The notes under the pieces are model-generated. The model had not been told where the DNA came from and ran no database searches. It worked only from the letters and a program-made list of their open reading frames with translations. A DNA stretch of 63,781 nucleotides from Candidatus Bathyarchaeota archaeon (GTDB lineage: Archaea > Thermoproteota > Bathyarchaeia > 40CM-2-53-6): positions 1 through 63,781 of the forward strand of contig VBBD01000018.1 in NCBI GenBank assembly GCA_005882895.1. Direction: 5' to 3'. This document shows positions 9,773 to 19,630 of this stretch, one piece after another (the stretch's first letter is position 1; each line of letters starts with the position of its first letter). Both the position numbers and the translations under genes were made by a program.

Positions 9773-10137
9773 CGATCAAACCCTATAGGCACATGCGACT
9801 CAAGACTAAGTTTGATTCCGCAAAATGACCCTTTAAGAGTTATGTGGAAAAGTAGAACACCATCATTCGGCTCGCGTATGAACATCGGCAAGTTCCCATC
9901 GCCGAATGGCAAACCTTGCCGGCCTCTATTTTATTGTCATGTTACATGGGTATGCAAAGACCTGGAGCTAGAGACGCAGGAATTCCCGCGAGAGAGGTTG
10001 CTTAACCCAATTCTTGATGAGAATTTTGAAAACCCCGGTCAGAGCCCGATCGACAGAATGGTTCCGACACTAACCATTAGTATCTCTGATTGAGGGCGTT
10101 CTTGCAAGTGGCTTGCGGATACGGAGCAGAGTGAGTC

Positions 10138-10821
10138 GTGTTTCTTCTTGGACACAGCTGCTGGAGCTATCTCTTCTCCAAGCTCACCGGGAGACAAGTC
10201 AAGGTCAACCTCCCTGCCTACATGGCTCTTTTGGCGGGAGTTCTGCCGGACTTTGACATCTACTTCAAACCGCTGATCCAACATCATACCTACACTCACT
10301 CGCTGATTATTCTGCTACCTATCTGCGCGGTTCTCGTCATTAGATTCAAGGGTCTCGGACTGGCATTCTCAGCGGGGACTCTCTCCCACCTCGTAGCGGA
10401 CTCGATAGTTGGAACGATTCCCCCTCTTTACCCCCTGTCAAATTTCCAATTCGGAATAAGTCTAGGGCTACCGAGTCCGGCGGACACAGTTCTCGAAGTC
10501 GGCGCCTTAGGACTAGTTCTATTCCGAGCTTATCTCAACGGAGACTACAAGCTTGTGACGGAGTCTCAAGGGGAATCTGTCAATTTGGTTATTCCCATGG
10601 TTTCAATCGTTACGCTCACCCTTCTGTTTGCTGGCGACAACAACGTTTCGCTCGCAGCCTTTGCTTTTTCAAGAAAAGCCCTGACCCTAATAACCTTGGG
10701 CCATGCAGTCTTGATCGGGATTCTTGGTCTAGGTGTCGTTCAAGGGGTTAGGGCCATCATAACCGACCGCAAGCAACCGAACCCAGCCTCAAGTCCCGTA
10801 GCTCGGCTGCCCCAACCGTAA
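10138..10821 (+). CDS. Membrane-bound metal-dependent hydrolase family protein (DUF457/YdjM-like)
   Basis: Contains LLGHSCWSY, LPDFDIYF, HHTYTHS and SHLVADS His/Asp motifs within TM helices. GTG start. Confidence 0.65.
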   Translation: MFLLGHSCWSYLFSKLTGRQVKVNLPAYMALLAGVLPDFDIYFKPLIQHHTYTHSLIILLPICAVLVIRFKGLGLAFSAGTLSHLVADSIVGTIPPLYPLSNFQFGISLGLPSPADTVLEVGALGLVLFRAYLNGDYKLVTESQGESVNLVIPMVSIVTLTLLFAGDNNVSLAAFAFSRKALTLITLGHAVLIGILGLGVVQGVRAIITDRKQPNPASSPVARLPQP

Positions 10822-10866
10822 GGGTCTCCTCTGCCGAGTAACATCTCGCCTTAATCCCAGATCACG

Positions 10867-11373
10867 ATGAATTCTCATGAGACTATTCTGGAGGTCTCAA
10901 AAATAGACTACCTGACCTGGTGGAACTTCCCGAAGAAAGCTTGGCTCATAATCATAGGAGAGCTAGCCGTAATCACGTCCCTATCCGTCTCGCTTTACAT
11001 AACGTACCTGAGCAACGTCTACTTCCAGACATACGTAAACAGTCTTTCCCCAATACTGGTTCCCGTTCTCAGCGTTGCCTTCGGGATTTCATCAGCATCA
11101 ATAGCCACCTACCTCTACCTCGGAATGAAACGAATCCGGACCGTCCAGGAATCGGAGGTCCCCGTCAAAAAGAGGACTCAACAGCGGAAGACACCAAAAC
11201 GGCCGACACAACCCCCGACCCGTGCTAAGGTTGCTGAATTGCCGCAGACTACTTCAGCCAAACTAAAACCAATCGCCCCACTTCAAAGCCATGCTCAGAC
11301 ACAGAAGCCTCTCCTGAAAGAAGGAGAGGATCATCCACCAATCCGGAGACCAGGAAACAGTCCTAGCTCATAG
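10867..11373 (+). CDS. Two-TM membrane protein, paralog 3 of the local family
   Basis: Contains LYITYLSNVYFQTYVNS between two TM helices, then a basic, Pro/Gln-rich tail. This is the same architecture as 201..701 and 1272..1700. Confidence 0.55.
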   Translation: MNSHETILEVSKIDYLTWWNFPKKAWLIIIGELAVITSLSVSLYITYLSNVYFQTYVNSLSPILVPVLSVAFGISSASIATYLYLGMKRIRTVQESEVPVKKRTQQRKTPKRPTQPPTRAKVAELPQTTSAKLKPIAPLQSHAQTQKPLLKEGEDHPPIRRPGNSPSS

Positions 11374-11561
11374 CGCGAACAGAACACCAGATCATGCCTT
11401 ATCACGGGACCCGCATCCGAGGCCCTGGAACGTTCTCGAATGGCGATCAACCATGCGACTCACGTAAGGCGGGGTCAGAAGGGCCAAATGGTTTAGCGAC
11501 AGGACTTTGAACCAGTTGTTCTAGAGAACTTTCACTTTGGGCTCCCGTAGTACCCTTGCTG

Positions 11562-12602
11562 TCATACGACCGTGGAAACCTCGTGCACGTTGCTCTTGAC
11601 CCAGTCCAACGTCTTACTCACCCCCTCTTTCCAAGGAACAGTGGACTTCCAGTTCATCAGCTCCCTTGCCTTGGAGCAGTCCGTGTAGTAACACTTGTTG
11701 TCTCCGGGCCTCCAGTCTTTGAACGTTAGATGCATCTTCCTGTTTGTAAGAGATTCAAGATATGCTATTGTCTCGAGGAGAGAGGCGACGTTTTCCTTTC
11801 CTCCTCCAAGGTTTATCGCCTCTCCCCTGACTCTATCAATGTTTTTTGTAGCAAGGTCGAAAGCATGCACCACGTCATCGATGTACAACAAATCGCGGAC
11901 TTGTTTGCCATCTCCATAGATGCTTAATGGTTTGCCCAGAGCCGCAGCTATGCAAAACCACGCGACCCAGCCCTGCTCCTCCTTCCCGTACTGGTGGGGT
12001 CCGAACATGCAACTGCACCTAAAGGAGACAGATTTCAGTCCGTACTGTTCGGAGTAAGCATGAAGGTACAAGTCTCCGGCCGCTTTGCTCACGCCGTACG
12101 GCTCTTCTCCTTTGATAGGAAATGTCTCATCCACTCCGTTGGAGAGACCTTCGAAATCGTACCGGAACTCTTGTTCTTGCAAATGGGCGTTTGGAATCCC
12201 GTACACTTTGTTGCTAGAGGTGTACAATAGCACAGGATCAGTTTCTAACGCTCGAGCTGTCTCAAGAACATTGAACGTTCCGAGAGCATTTGATCTAAAG
12301 TCAAGCCCAGGTCCGCTGATCGATTTAGGGACCGATACTTGGGCGGCGGCATGGACTATGAGGTCACAGTCCTTGGCAGCCGCAGAGAGAGATTCGAGGT
12401 CGGCTACACCACCATTGACGACGCTCAGACGTTTGCCATTTTGGTGCGACTTGAGCCACTCAACATTCCGAAGGCAGCCTACCCCTCTGGAAAAGTCGTC
12501 GTATATGACGACGGCGTGTCCAGCTTGCAGAAGGTGAGAGGCATAGTTAGACCCAACGAAGCCTGCGCCCCCCGTAACCATAGCTTTCGAAACAAGTGTC
12601 AT
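11562..12602 (-). CDS. NAD-dependent nucleotide-sugar epimerase/dehydratase (extended SDR)
   Basis: Has VTGGAGFVGSNYASHLL (GxxGxxG) and the YGVSKAAGDLY (YxxxK) motif. I placed the start at the internal ATG (MTLVSKAMVTGG); the ORF track extends to 12791. Confidence 0.9.
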   Translation of the reverse strand: MTLVSKAMVTGGAGFVGSNYASHLLQAGHAVVIYDDFSRGVGCLRNVEWLKSHQNGKRLSVVNGGVADLESLSAAAKDCDLIVHAAAQVSVPKSISGPGLDFRSNALGTFNVLETARALETDPVLLYTSSNKVYGIPNAHLQEQEFRYDFEGLSNGVDETFPIKGEEPYGVSKAAGDLYLHAYSEQYGLKSVSFRCSCMFGPHQYGKEEQGWVAWFCIAAALGKPLSIYGDGKQVRDLLYIDDVVHAFDLATKNIDRVRGEAINLGGGKENVASLLETIAYLESLTNRKMHLTFKDWRPGDNKCYYTDCSKARELMNWKSTVPWKEGVSKTLDWVKSNVHEVSTVV

Positions 12603-12787
12603 AGGTAAGTCGTCCACACCCGAACCGGACCCATTCCTATATGGTTTTTGACCAAGAATCTCAGGGGGAAGTCCGAGACTAGCCTGGATGTCATATTTGT
12701 CAGTTGAAATCCAACTCATCAGGACGGATGGCCAACGCCAAGCCCTTACGCACAGTTGGCTTCGTAGGAAGGGAAATGCCAGAAAAG

Positions 12788-13135
12788 TCAAGCGGGTCGA
12801 TTTGTGACCTGTCCGATGAATTGAATGTCACCATACATTTTCTCTCCCTTCGCATGCTCCATTCCTTCCATAGTGGTCCAAGACCACTTGTTGGTGTAAG
12901 GGCACATCTCAGCGACTATAATCAAAAGCGCTTGACAGGTCTCGGCGATCTCGACGTGGCCAAAGGAAGTTCCACGCAGCTTTGGCATCGAACCCTGAAA
13001 GTGTCTCGTCAAACTACGCCTCGCAGGACCATATCGCATCTTCAGGGTGGCTGAAGAACAGGACAAACGGAACATCCAGCTGCTGAGCAGAACAGTGGTC
13101 AACGACCTCCGCACCGAAGTTACAAAGACAGCCAC
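12788..13135 (-). CDS. Hypothetical protein (up to 115 aa); coding status uncertain
   Basis: This is the only long ORF in the gap. I recognised no family, and the start is uncertain. Confidence 0.25.
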   Translation of the reverse strand: MAVFVTSVRRSLTTVLLSSWMFRLSCSSATLKMRYGPARRSLTRHFQGSMPKLRGTSFGHVEIAETCQALLIIVAEMCPYTNKWSWTTMEGMEHAKGEKMYGDIQFIGQVTNRPA

Positions 13136-13176
13136 AAGTCAAGACCTGGAAATTGAATGCGAACGTGGCGGGCCCG

Positions 13177-13210
13177 CCCGGACTCACCGCAAATTTGCAG
13201 TGGAACTGGC
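13177..13210. promoter_or_regulatory. Dyad-symmetric motif copy 1 (CACCGCAAATTTGCAGTGGAA; core palindrome GCAAATTTGC)
   Basis: A near-perfect 18-bp inverted repeat, visible directly. Related copies lie at 14113..14147 and 14988..15011, each upstream of a minus-strand gene. Confidence 0.3.
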
Positions 13211-13245
13211 AGGGCTTATCTGTTCTTGAGAATTGTTGTCGGTCT

Positions 13246-14055
13246 TCATACTATAGTAACTTGCACGAACAGTGGGAATGACCACGATTGCTTAGTCGTC
13301 GCGAAACCGGCTACGTCTAGAAAAGTGCTAGTGTCAGACTGTGCCACATTTATCGTAAGAGTTGTTTTTCCAATACTCCGAGGGGACAGAATAATGGTCC
13401 TTGGGCTAAAAGACGCGTTGCTTACAGGTACGCTGAGGGGACAAGAAATGCTTGCGCCGCAGCGGCCTTCATACACCGCTGCCACAAAACTCACGTTGCC
13501 GGAGAGCCCATTCACGCTTGAAAGGTCGAACTCTACATTTGCAGACGAGCCTCTGGGGATCCAGAGATGGGACCCGCCGATGGCGGTCACGGTAATATTT
13601 TGAACAATCACAATAAGACTCTGTGTGTGAGATGTCGCGCCGCTGGAGGCAGTTATTGCCACGGAAAAGTACCCAACTTTTTGATCATTAACAGCTAGGC
13701 TTAGATTTCCTGTCGTGCCCAGTAGAATCTGTTCCTTTTCCCGTCCTGTTTGTGAATCTTGAAGCGCTGTCTTGAGGCCTGAGGGTGAGGAGACCGTAAC
13801 AGTTAGTATGCCCGTGAAGTTCCTAATTGCCTGGATCGAGATCAAGGTAGTATTGGTGTAACCTGCCTGAAGGTACATTGAGGGAAAGCTAGAAATGATG
13901 AAGTCAGGTTTTGGACCGAAAGCGCTCGGCAGAAGGAATGCCCCTGAGGTTGCGGAGGCTGTCGCGAGTATTCCTATCAAGAACATCCATAAGGGCACAG
14001 GTCTTTTCCAATTCACAGGTCGTCGTCCTGTTCTATGATGGATGCCTTCTTCCAT
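13246..14055 (-). CDS. Membrane-anchored cell-surface protein, tandem paralog A
   Basis: 269 aa. Contains NWKRPVPLWMFLIGILATASA (TM/signal anchor), then Ig-like beta modules with NxT/S sequons. It aligns along its whole length with 14178..14963. Confidence 0.75.
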   Translation of the reverse strand: MEEGIHHRTGRRPVNWKRPVPLWMFLIGILATASATSGAFLLPSAFGPKPDFIISSFPSMYLQAGYTNTTLISIQAIRNFTGILTVTVSSPSGLKTALQDSQTGREKEQILLGTTGNLSLAVNDQKVGYFSVAITASSGATSHTQSLIVIVQNITVTAIGGSHLWIPRGSSANVEFDLSSVNGLSGNVSFVAAVYEGRCGASISCPLSVPVSNASFSPRTIILSPRSIGKTTLTINVAQSDTSTFLDVAGFATTKQSWSFPLFVQVTIV

Positions 14056-14112
14056 AAGACTCTACCTGATGACCAAGAAACCCAAGAGGTTCTTGGGTAG
14101 GTGGTGGGCCAG

Positions 14113-14147
14113 CCCGGACTTGCGGCAAGCTTACGGTGGAACTCGCC
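14113..14147. promoter_or_regulatory. Dyad-symmetric motif copy 2 (GCGGCAAGCTTACGGTGGAA)
   Basis: Matches about 26 of 34 positions of copy 1. The central palindrome changes from AAATTT to AAGCTT, so the dyad is retained. Confidence 0.25.
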
Positions 14148-14177
14148 GAGTTCGAGGTTCCAGCAAGGTCCGGCGAC

Positions 14178-14963
14178 TCACGTTACGGTAACCTGAATGT
14201 CTAGTTCGAACTGCCACGATTGCCTCAGAGCGAACACTTGTACGCTTAGTGAAGAGCTATTGTCAGACGGTCCTACAGTTATTGTAAGAGCTATTTTCCC
14301 GGTTCCGCCAGGGGATAGAATGATGCTCGTCGGGTTTGGGGACGCGCTACTGAGGGTGTCCAAGTAAGCGCTGGCGCTTCCATATACCCGTGTTGCGAAA
14401 CTCAAGTTGCCGGAGAACCCATTTACACTTGAGAGGTCGAGTTCTGCCGTCCTAGACGAGCCTCGGGTGATTGCAAGGGGGGAGGGGCTGGCGCCCATGG
14501 TAAGGTCCTGGGCAATCACTTGAAGACTCTGTGTGTGATGTATCGCGCCGCTAGAGGCGGTGACAGTCACAACGAAGTTCCCGATTGTCTGATCATTAAC
14601 ACTAAGTGTTATGTTTCCCGAATTGCCAAGTAGGATCTGATCCTTGGGGTCTCCATGCGAGTCTCGGAGACTTGTAGTCAGGCCGGTGGGTGAAGAGGTG
14701 GTAACGGTAACTATGCCGGTGAAGTCTCTAACAGCCTGGATCGTGATCACGGTTGTATTGATATGTGATCCCTGAACATACATGGGTTGCATGCTAGAAA
14801 TAGCGAAATCAGGCTTTGGACTGAGAACGCTCGGTAGGAGTATTACTCCTGCGATCGCTGAAGCTGTCGTGAGTATTCCGATTAAAAACACCCATAAAGG
14901 GATCGGCCTCTTCCAGTTCACATGAATCGACCTACCTATCCCATCATAGCCAAGTTCTCGCAT
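14178..14963 (-). CDS. Membrane-anchored cell-surface protein, tandem paralog B
   Basis: 261 aa, collinear with paralog A (NWKRPIPLWVFLIGILTTASA...). The 18 nt before the ATG are identical in both genes (ATCAGGTAGAGTCTTATG on the coding strand). Confidence 0.75.
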   Translation of the reverse strand: MRELGYDGIGRSIHVNWKRPIPLWVFLIGILTTASAIAGVILLPSVLSPKPDFAISSMQPMYVQGSHINTTVITIQAVRDFTGIVTVTTSSPTGLTTSLRDSHGDPKDQILLGNSGNITLSVNDQTIGNFVVTVTASSGAIHHTQSLQVIAQDLTMGASPSPLAITRGSSRTAELDLSSVNGFSGNLSFATRVYGSASAYLDTLSSASPNPTSIILSPGGTGKIALTITVGPSDNSSSLSVQVFALRQSWQFELDIQVTVT

Positions 14964-14987
14964 AAGACTCTACCTGATAATTGATCG

Positions 14988-15011
14988 ACCGCAAATTTGT
15001 AGTGGAATCTG
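14988..15011. promoter_or_regulatory. Dyad-symmetric motif copy 3 (ACCGCAAATTTGTAGTGGAA)
   Basis: Matches 22 of 24 positions of copy 1. The AAATTT centre lies about 30-35 nt upstream of the ATG at 14963, so it could also act as a TATA-like element. Confidence 0.3.
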
Positions 15012-15027
15012 TTGACCGAGTCGTTCT

Positions 15028-15293
15028 CTGCGCATATTAGGGACTTTTCGGGGCAGAGGGGTTTTCAGAGCATGCATAACGCCGGGTAGGGAAGAGGAGT
15101 TCGAGAGAATGGTTAGAGAAATATCGACTCCTCTGGTGAGCTGTCAGAAAGGGCTCGTGCCGGTTATGCCGGGAAGCCTGCACGGTCGAACTCTGACGAG
15201 TTCGCCATCGTCAGCGTTTGGGCTGACATCGCTTCGCTCAAGGCGTTCACCGTCGGGAGATGGCACGAGGCCGTAAATCCCGACCGGAGTTAA
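15028..15293 (+). pseudogene. Possible frameshifted ABM/Dabb-fold (antibiotic-biosynthesis-monooxygenase-like) gene remnant
   Basis: One frame reads ...GVFRACITPGREEEFERMVREISTPLVSCQKGLVPVMPGSLHGRTL. After a shift near 15185, another frame reads SNSDEFAIVSVWADIASLKAFTVGRWHEAVNPDRS*. There is no canonical start before the conserved N-terminal part. Confidence 0.3.
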
Positions 15294-15724
15294 GCCGCAG
15301 ATTCCTCCCCGGGACTGTCTCCCCATTTGCAGATATTCACATGGTAATTTGGAGGAGCACGAATTGCCCATCATCGAACCTGACGTTGCACTCGGGACGA
15401 GCACTGAAAGTCAATCTGCTGGAGTTGCATGTACCCCACGATTCACTCTGTGTCGAGTCTAATGGAGCAAATGGTAGTGCCAGCACACCGCAACGTAGAA
15501 GATAAGTCTGGGTTTCCAATATGCGACATAGCCGAAGGCTAGTGGTACCAATAGAACGGCTAATCGATCTGGGGAGAACTCGAGAATGTCGCCTGGGACC
15601 TGTTTGGAGTCCAGAATTGCTGGTTACCTACGCAACGACCCTGCCTCTATCATCTAAGAGGCACTAACTAGCTTATGCCGGTTAGTGCCTGCAGCCTACG
15701 GTCCTCCACCATCCAGAATAACGG

Positions 15725-16636
15725 CTAACCCCCAAAGAGAACTCGGTGTCCTTCGTTGGGAGTCGGGGACGTCTCCGGGAGTCCGACATGATTTCGTTCA
15801 TCAATCTGCCTGACTCTATAATGCAAGTTTTTCAGAAAATTGCAACATTTATTCAGAGTCTCTCTCGATAGGGCTTCGAAGGCGACAACGGGCCGATCAG
15901 ATCTGAGACTTCCTGCCATTCCCGAGAGAACCTGATATTCCGCACCTTCGACATCTATCTTCACAAATTTAGGTTTGAGGTCAAATTCGTCCAGAAATTC
16001 ATCGACCGTCCTAGCAGGGATCTCAACAGTGGATACATCAATAGATTCTGCCACCTTGGTTTCAAATCCTAACCCGCCAAGCCTGTGTGGCATCAAACCA
16101 AGTTTTGTGTTTGAAGACCAAGCAGCAGCGTTGATCGGTAAGACATTGCGACACTTGTTCATTTTGATATTGCTCGTAAGTAGTTTGAAATAGAACGGGT
16201 CCGGTTCAAATGACAACACAGTGCCATGCTCTCCCAGTCGTCGACTGAGCAAAATTGTAAACAGGCCGAAGTTTGCTCCCACGTCAACTGCGTCCCCTAT
16301 AGAGACCTTTGACACCAAGTCTTTGACTGACGGTTCGTAGTTGTCAGATAACTGCATATCACTAATTCCCGCAGGGCAGTGGAAAACGAGATTTCCGAGC
16401 CTGCAACAATAATCGCTAATGATTTTGTGCGGGTCTAGTAGCGTTCTGCCAAAATGCCTGTAGCAATAGAAATTCAGAGGATAGGTTACCAATAACAAAC
16501 GATCTATCAGAATTTTCAACTTGTCGCTAAGTCGGTACCCGAGTCCAATTGCCTTCAAAGATAGAAGGTAGTGCAAGAGACTGGGGCTTATTACGGGCCT
16601 AAGGGCCCTATCGTCTCTTCCCTGGCGTGTCTTCAA
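15725..16636 (-). CDS. FkbM-family SAM-dependent methyltransferase
   Basis: Contains VDVGANFGLFTILLSRRLGEHGTVLSFEP and FVKIDVEGAEYQVLSGM, which are hallmark FkbM motifs. Confidence 0.85.
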   Translation of the reverse strand: MKTRQGRDDRALRPVISPSLLHYLLSLKAIGLGYRLSDKLKILIDRLLLVTYPLNFYCYRHFGRTLLDPHKIISDYCCRLGNLVFHCPAGISDMQLSDNYEPSVKDLVSKVSIGDAVDVGANFGLFTILLSRRLGEHGTVLSFEPDPFYFKLLTSNIKMNKCRNVLPINAAAWSSNTKLGLMPHRLGGLGFETKVAESIDVSTVEIPARTVDEFLDEFDLKPKFVKIDVEGAEYQVLSGMAGSLRSDRPVVAFEALSRETLNKCCNFLKNLHYRVRQIDERNHVGLPETSPTPNEGHRVLFGG

Positions 16637-17252
16637 GACGGTGGTTCTTCACCTTACAGTTGGAGAGTCCAATTCGTATTTGCGGGAAGTGGTCAGAGTT
16701 ACCGCGTAGGAAACGAGGGCAATAAACACAAAAAGTTTGTCTCTAACGGTGGGGCCTTGACAGTGTGCACCTATGAGCACCCGCCAAAGGTGGTGGGCAA
16801 TGGGAACAACAGTTTGGACCTGGCGAATGGTAATTGAAGAGGCATAGGTCTCCTCTTACGTTTGCGACCGTGTAAGACGTAAGGTTGACCTGCGCGAGGC
16901 GTTCGTGCTCAATGTTACGATTCCCATGAAGCTGATGTTGTGGCTTACGTTTATGCGAAGCTGGCTCCGGCAAAGTTTGCCAGAGTCGTTCTAGAGGTTA
17001 CGTCGCTCTTCGTTGGGAAATTTTGCCAACGGCACGAAACCTTGCCGCGAACAAAGCCCATCTGACCAAACGCTCGGACAAGTATCACAACGACAAGAAG
17101 TCATGCTGGGCCGGCGACTTTAGTTCCTGAATAAGATCCGAGACGCACCCTACCTGCTGTTATTTGAAGCCTCTGTTCTTCAATTCCGTGTCTGGCTTCG
17201 AGGTACGGGGTGGACCCTTTTCTGCCAGAACGCGATAGGATCGTGAGAGGAT

Positions 17253-18125
17253 TCATGCGCGTTTCGCCCACACAGCATAGCCGTTGCTCCTAAGTATGTC
17301 CGACATCGGGGCTAGGTCGTGAAACTGATGCACCTCTATGTCCAGCTTGAGGATCCGGCTTGCAAGAGCTGGAAAGCTACTCTGCACGACCTCCAACTCC
17401 AGCCCCTCAATATCCATCTTGACAAGGTCGACTTGGTCGACGTCGAGCAATTCTAGGATGTCTGACAAACGATAACAGGGTACTCTCGAAGCGGGAACAG
17501 ACTTCTCAGACCTCTTCGCCAGAGTGTAGTGGGTAGAAATGCCATCGGTGTTTGAGATAGTCGTAAATCCGGCGTGCGGGGCAACTGCGAAGTTGAGGGC
17601 TCTAACGTTCGTTAGGTGGTTGAGCTCGAGATTTCTTTTGAGTACCGTATAGTTTGAGGGATGAGCCTCGACCGCGATTACTCGAGAGGAGGCGGAGAGC
17701 GAAGCAGCCATCTTCGTGGACACCAATCCGTAGTGAGCTCCCAAGTCCAAGACGACTTGGTCTTGGGGTGAAAGGAGGTGAACTGTCTCACCTCTCATGT
17801 ACTCGCCGGCGACATGATAAATGGCGTCGAGGTCGCAGTAGAGACGGAGAGTCTCAAAGGGCCGGACGGCCAGGAGCCTCAATCCGAATGACTGTGAGAT
17901 AGCGGCACGAATGCTCCGCACGATGCGACGAAATGGCCGAAGTGGGAGAGCTGAATTGTCTGCAATATAGGACATAAGATAGAAAGGCATGACTAGCGCC
18001 CAACTAGGGTAGTTTTCGAAGAGGAGCAACTCGCAAGTGGCGAGCTCCGCAAGCCTTCTTCTCAAAAGCAAGAGGATCGGATGCCCTGTGTCCTGAGATA
18101 GAGCAAAGACTCCGTTTAACAACAC
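17253..18125 (-). CDS. FkbM-family SAM-dependent methyltransferase
   Basis: Contains VVLDLGAHYGLVSTKMA...VIAVEAHP and LVKMDIEGLELEVV. Confidence 0.85.
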   Translation of the reverse strand: MLLNGVFALSQDTGHPILLLLRRRLAELATCELLLFENYPSWALVMPFYLMSYIADNSALPLRPFRRIVRSIRAAISQSFGLRLLAVRPFETLRLYCDLDAIYHVAGEYMRGETVHLLSPQDQVVLDLGAHYGLVSTKMAASLSASSRVIAVEAHPSNYTVLKRNLELNHLTNVRALNFAVAPHAGFTTISNTDGISTHYTLAKRSEKSVPASRVPCYRLSDILELLDVDQVDLVKMDIEGLELEVVQSSFPALASRILKLDIEVHQFHDLAPMSDILRSNGYAVWAKRA

Positions 18126-18334
18126 GTCACACTATCTCGACAATGATTCGACTAGGCTGCAGGTTTCAACGCCGCTTCAGATCCGACATGACTCATCCAC
18201 AAAATTGGGCTCTCGGTATTCCTGATGAACCACGAAAATACCTAGGAAAGGGTTCCGAATGAATCTTGGCGCACTTTCGTGTTCGTGCAATTTGGGGAAT
18301 CGAGCCCTATACAAAGGTGAAAGCTTGTGGCGTA

Positions 18335-19630
18335 CTAATTCAAGGCTTCGTCCAACAACAGTCCGAGTCTCCGATTTCGTCGAGCGAGAACGAATGGGCT
18401 ATTCACAAAATACTCACCTGTCTTCGTTCCTAGTTTACGGAGGATGTTCTCGTCCTCAAGTATGTATGAAAGGACACGAAGGTGCCTCATGAGATATTCA
18501 GGGTCCACTGAGGTTTTAAGAGATTGAGTAAAACCGGGTCTGTACCATAGTGGAGTCAAATAAGGGTCAGAGTATCGCACATCTTTAGGTGGTGCGACCA
18601 AGAAACCCGTCTTCCCATCAAATAGGTATTCGGAGTTAGCCCATACATCGTTGGCAATGACAGGGACGCTCTTGGACATTGCTTCGATGAAAGCCATTGT
18701 CGGGGTTGAGTGGCAAGGCAGCAGAGCTAGATCCGAACTAGCCAAGTAGGCAAGTGCGTCGGCTCGGGCCAGCGGTTGCTCGAGCATCTCTATTTTGACC
18801 CCTAGAGCTCTTAGCTTGGCTACATACGACGCGGGACACCATGCCCTGATCACGACGGCTATCTTTCTCGCCAACTTGGGAGATGCTCGCGATAGGAGCT
18901 TCAGTAACAGCAAAACGTCTCTAGTACCCTTCACGTAGAAGTTAGACAAATTTTCGAGGTGGGAGCTTCTATGAGTGGTCATATGGCAGATTCTCACAAA
19001 ACCATCAGACTCGCGCGGTTGTCGAGTCTTGACAGCCCAAGATGTCGCAGGGTAAACTACGTGAGACTTGTCAGTGGGAAAGCCGTTTCCAAGAACCTTC
19101 TGAGAGTTCTCTAAGGCTCTGTTGGACCAACAAAATAATCCCTTACACGACCGTTCCTGAAGCCGGCTACCGAGCCAAGGCGACGCTACTCCAGGGTCAT
19201 AGTATCCAGTTAGCGCGGCGACATGTTCGCAGTCTGCAACCCACTTCTTCGATCTAGTTTGTACATGGTTCGCACAGTATGTGATGTCGGCGTATCGCTC
19301 GAGCTGGTCCCCACGACTAGTGTATTGGAAAGTCAGCTTTTCTAGTACCGGAGCAAGTAGGTTTGAAAGATTCCAGAAAGTAGCAGACGTCTGAACTGCC
19401 ACATGAAATTGTCTCAGGATGCTTGGTACTCGCCGGTTGCTGCCTCTTGGAGCAACCACTCGCCACCCTGGAACTGGATAAGACTGGAAGTCTGCATAGT
19501 ATGAGTGAAGTTTGAACCCTGGTTGTCGGGCCTTTAGATAAAGTAAGTTGACCGATGGTGACAAACAACTACCTGCTATGGCTATGCTTCGCTCACGCGC
19601 GTCCTCCGCGAGAAGACAGGGTTTCCTCAT
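18335..19630 (-). CDS. Glycosyltransferase, GT-B fold (GT1/GT4-like)
   Basis: The C-terminal domain has LLPCHSTPTMAFIEAMSKSVPVIANDVWANSEYLFDGKTGFLV, an EX7E-like region. It overlaps the upstream GT4 gene by 38 nt. Confidence 0.75.
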   Translation of the reverse strand: MRKPCLLAEDARERSIAIAGSCLSPSVNLLYLKARQPGFKLHSYYADFQSYPVPGWRVVAPRGSNRRVPSILRQFHVAVQTSATFWNLSNLLAPVLEKLTFQYTSRGDQLERYADITYCANHVQTRSKKWVADCEHVAALTGYYDPGVASPWLGSRLQERSCKGLFCWSNRALENSQKVLGNGFPTDKSHVVYPATSWAVKTRQPRESDGFVRICHMTTHRSSHLENLSNFYVKGTRDVLLLLKLLSRASPKLARKIAVVIRAWCPASYVAKLRALGVKIEMLEQPLARADALAYLASSDLALLPCHSTPTMAFIEAMSKSVPVIANDVWANSEYLFDGKTGFLVAPPKDVRYSDPYLTPLWYRPGFTQSLKTSVDPEYLMRHLRVLSYILEDENILRKLGTKTGEYFVNSPFVLARRNRRLGLLLDEALN

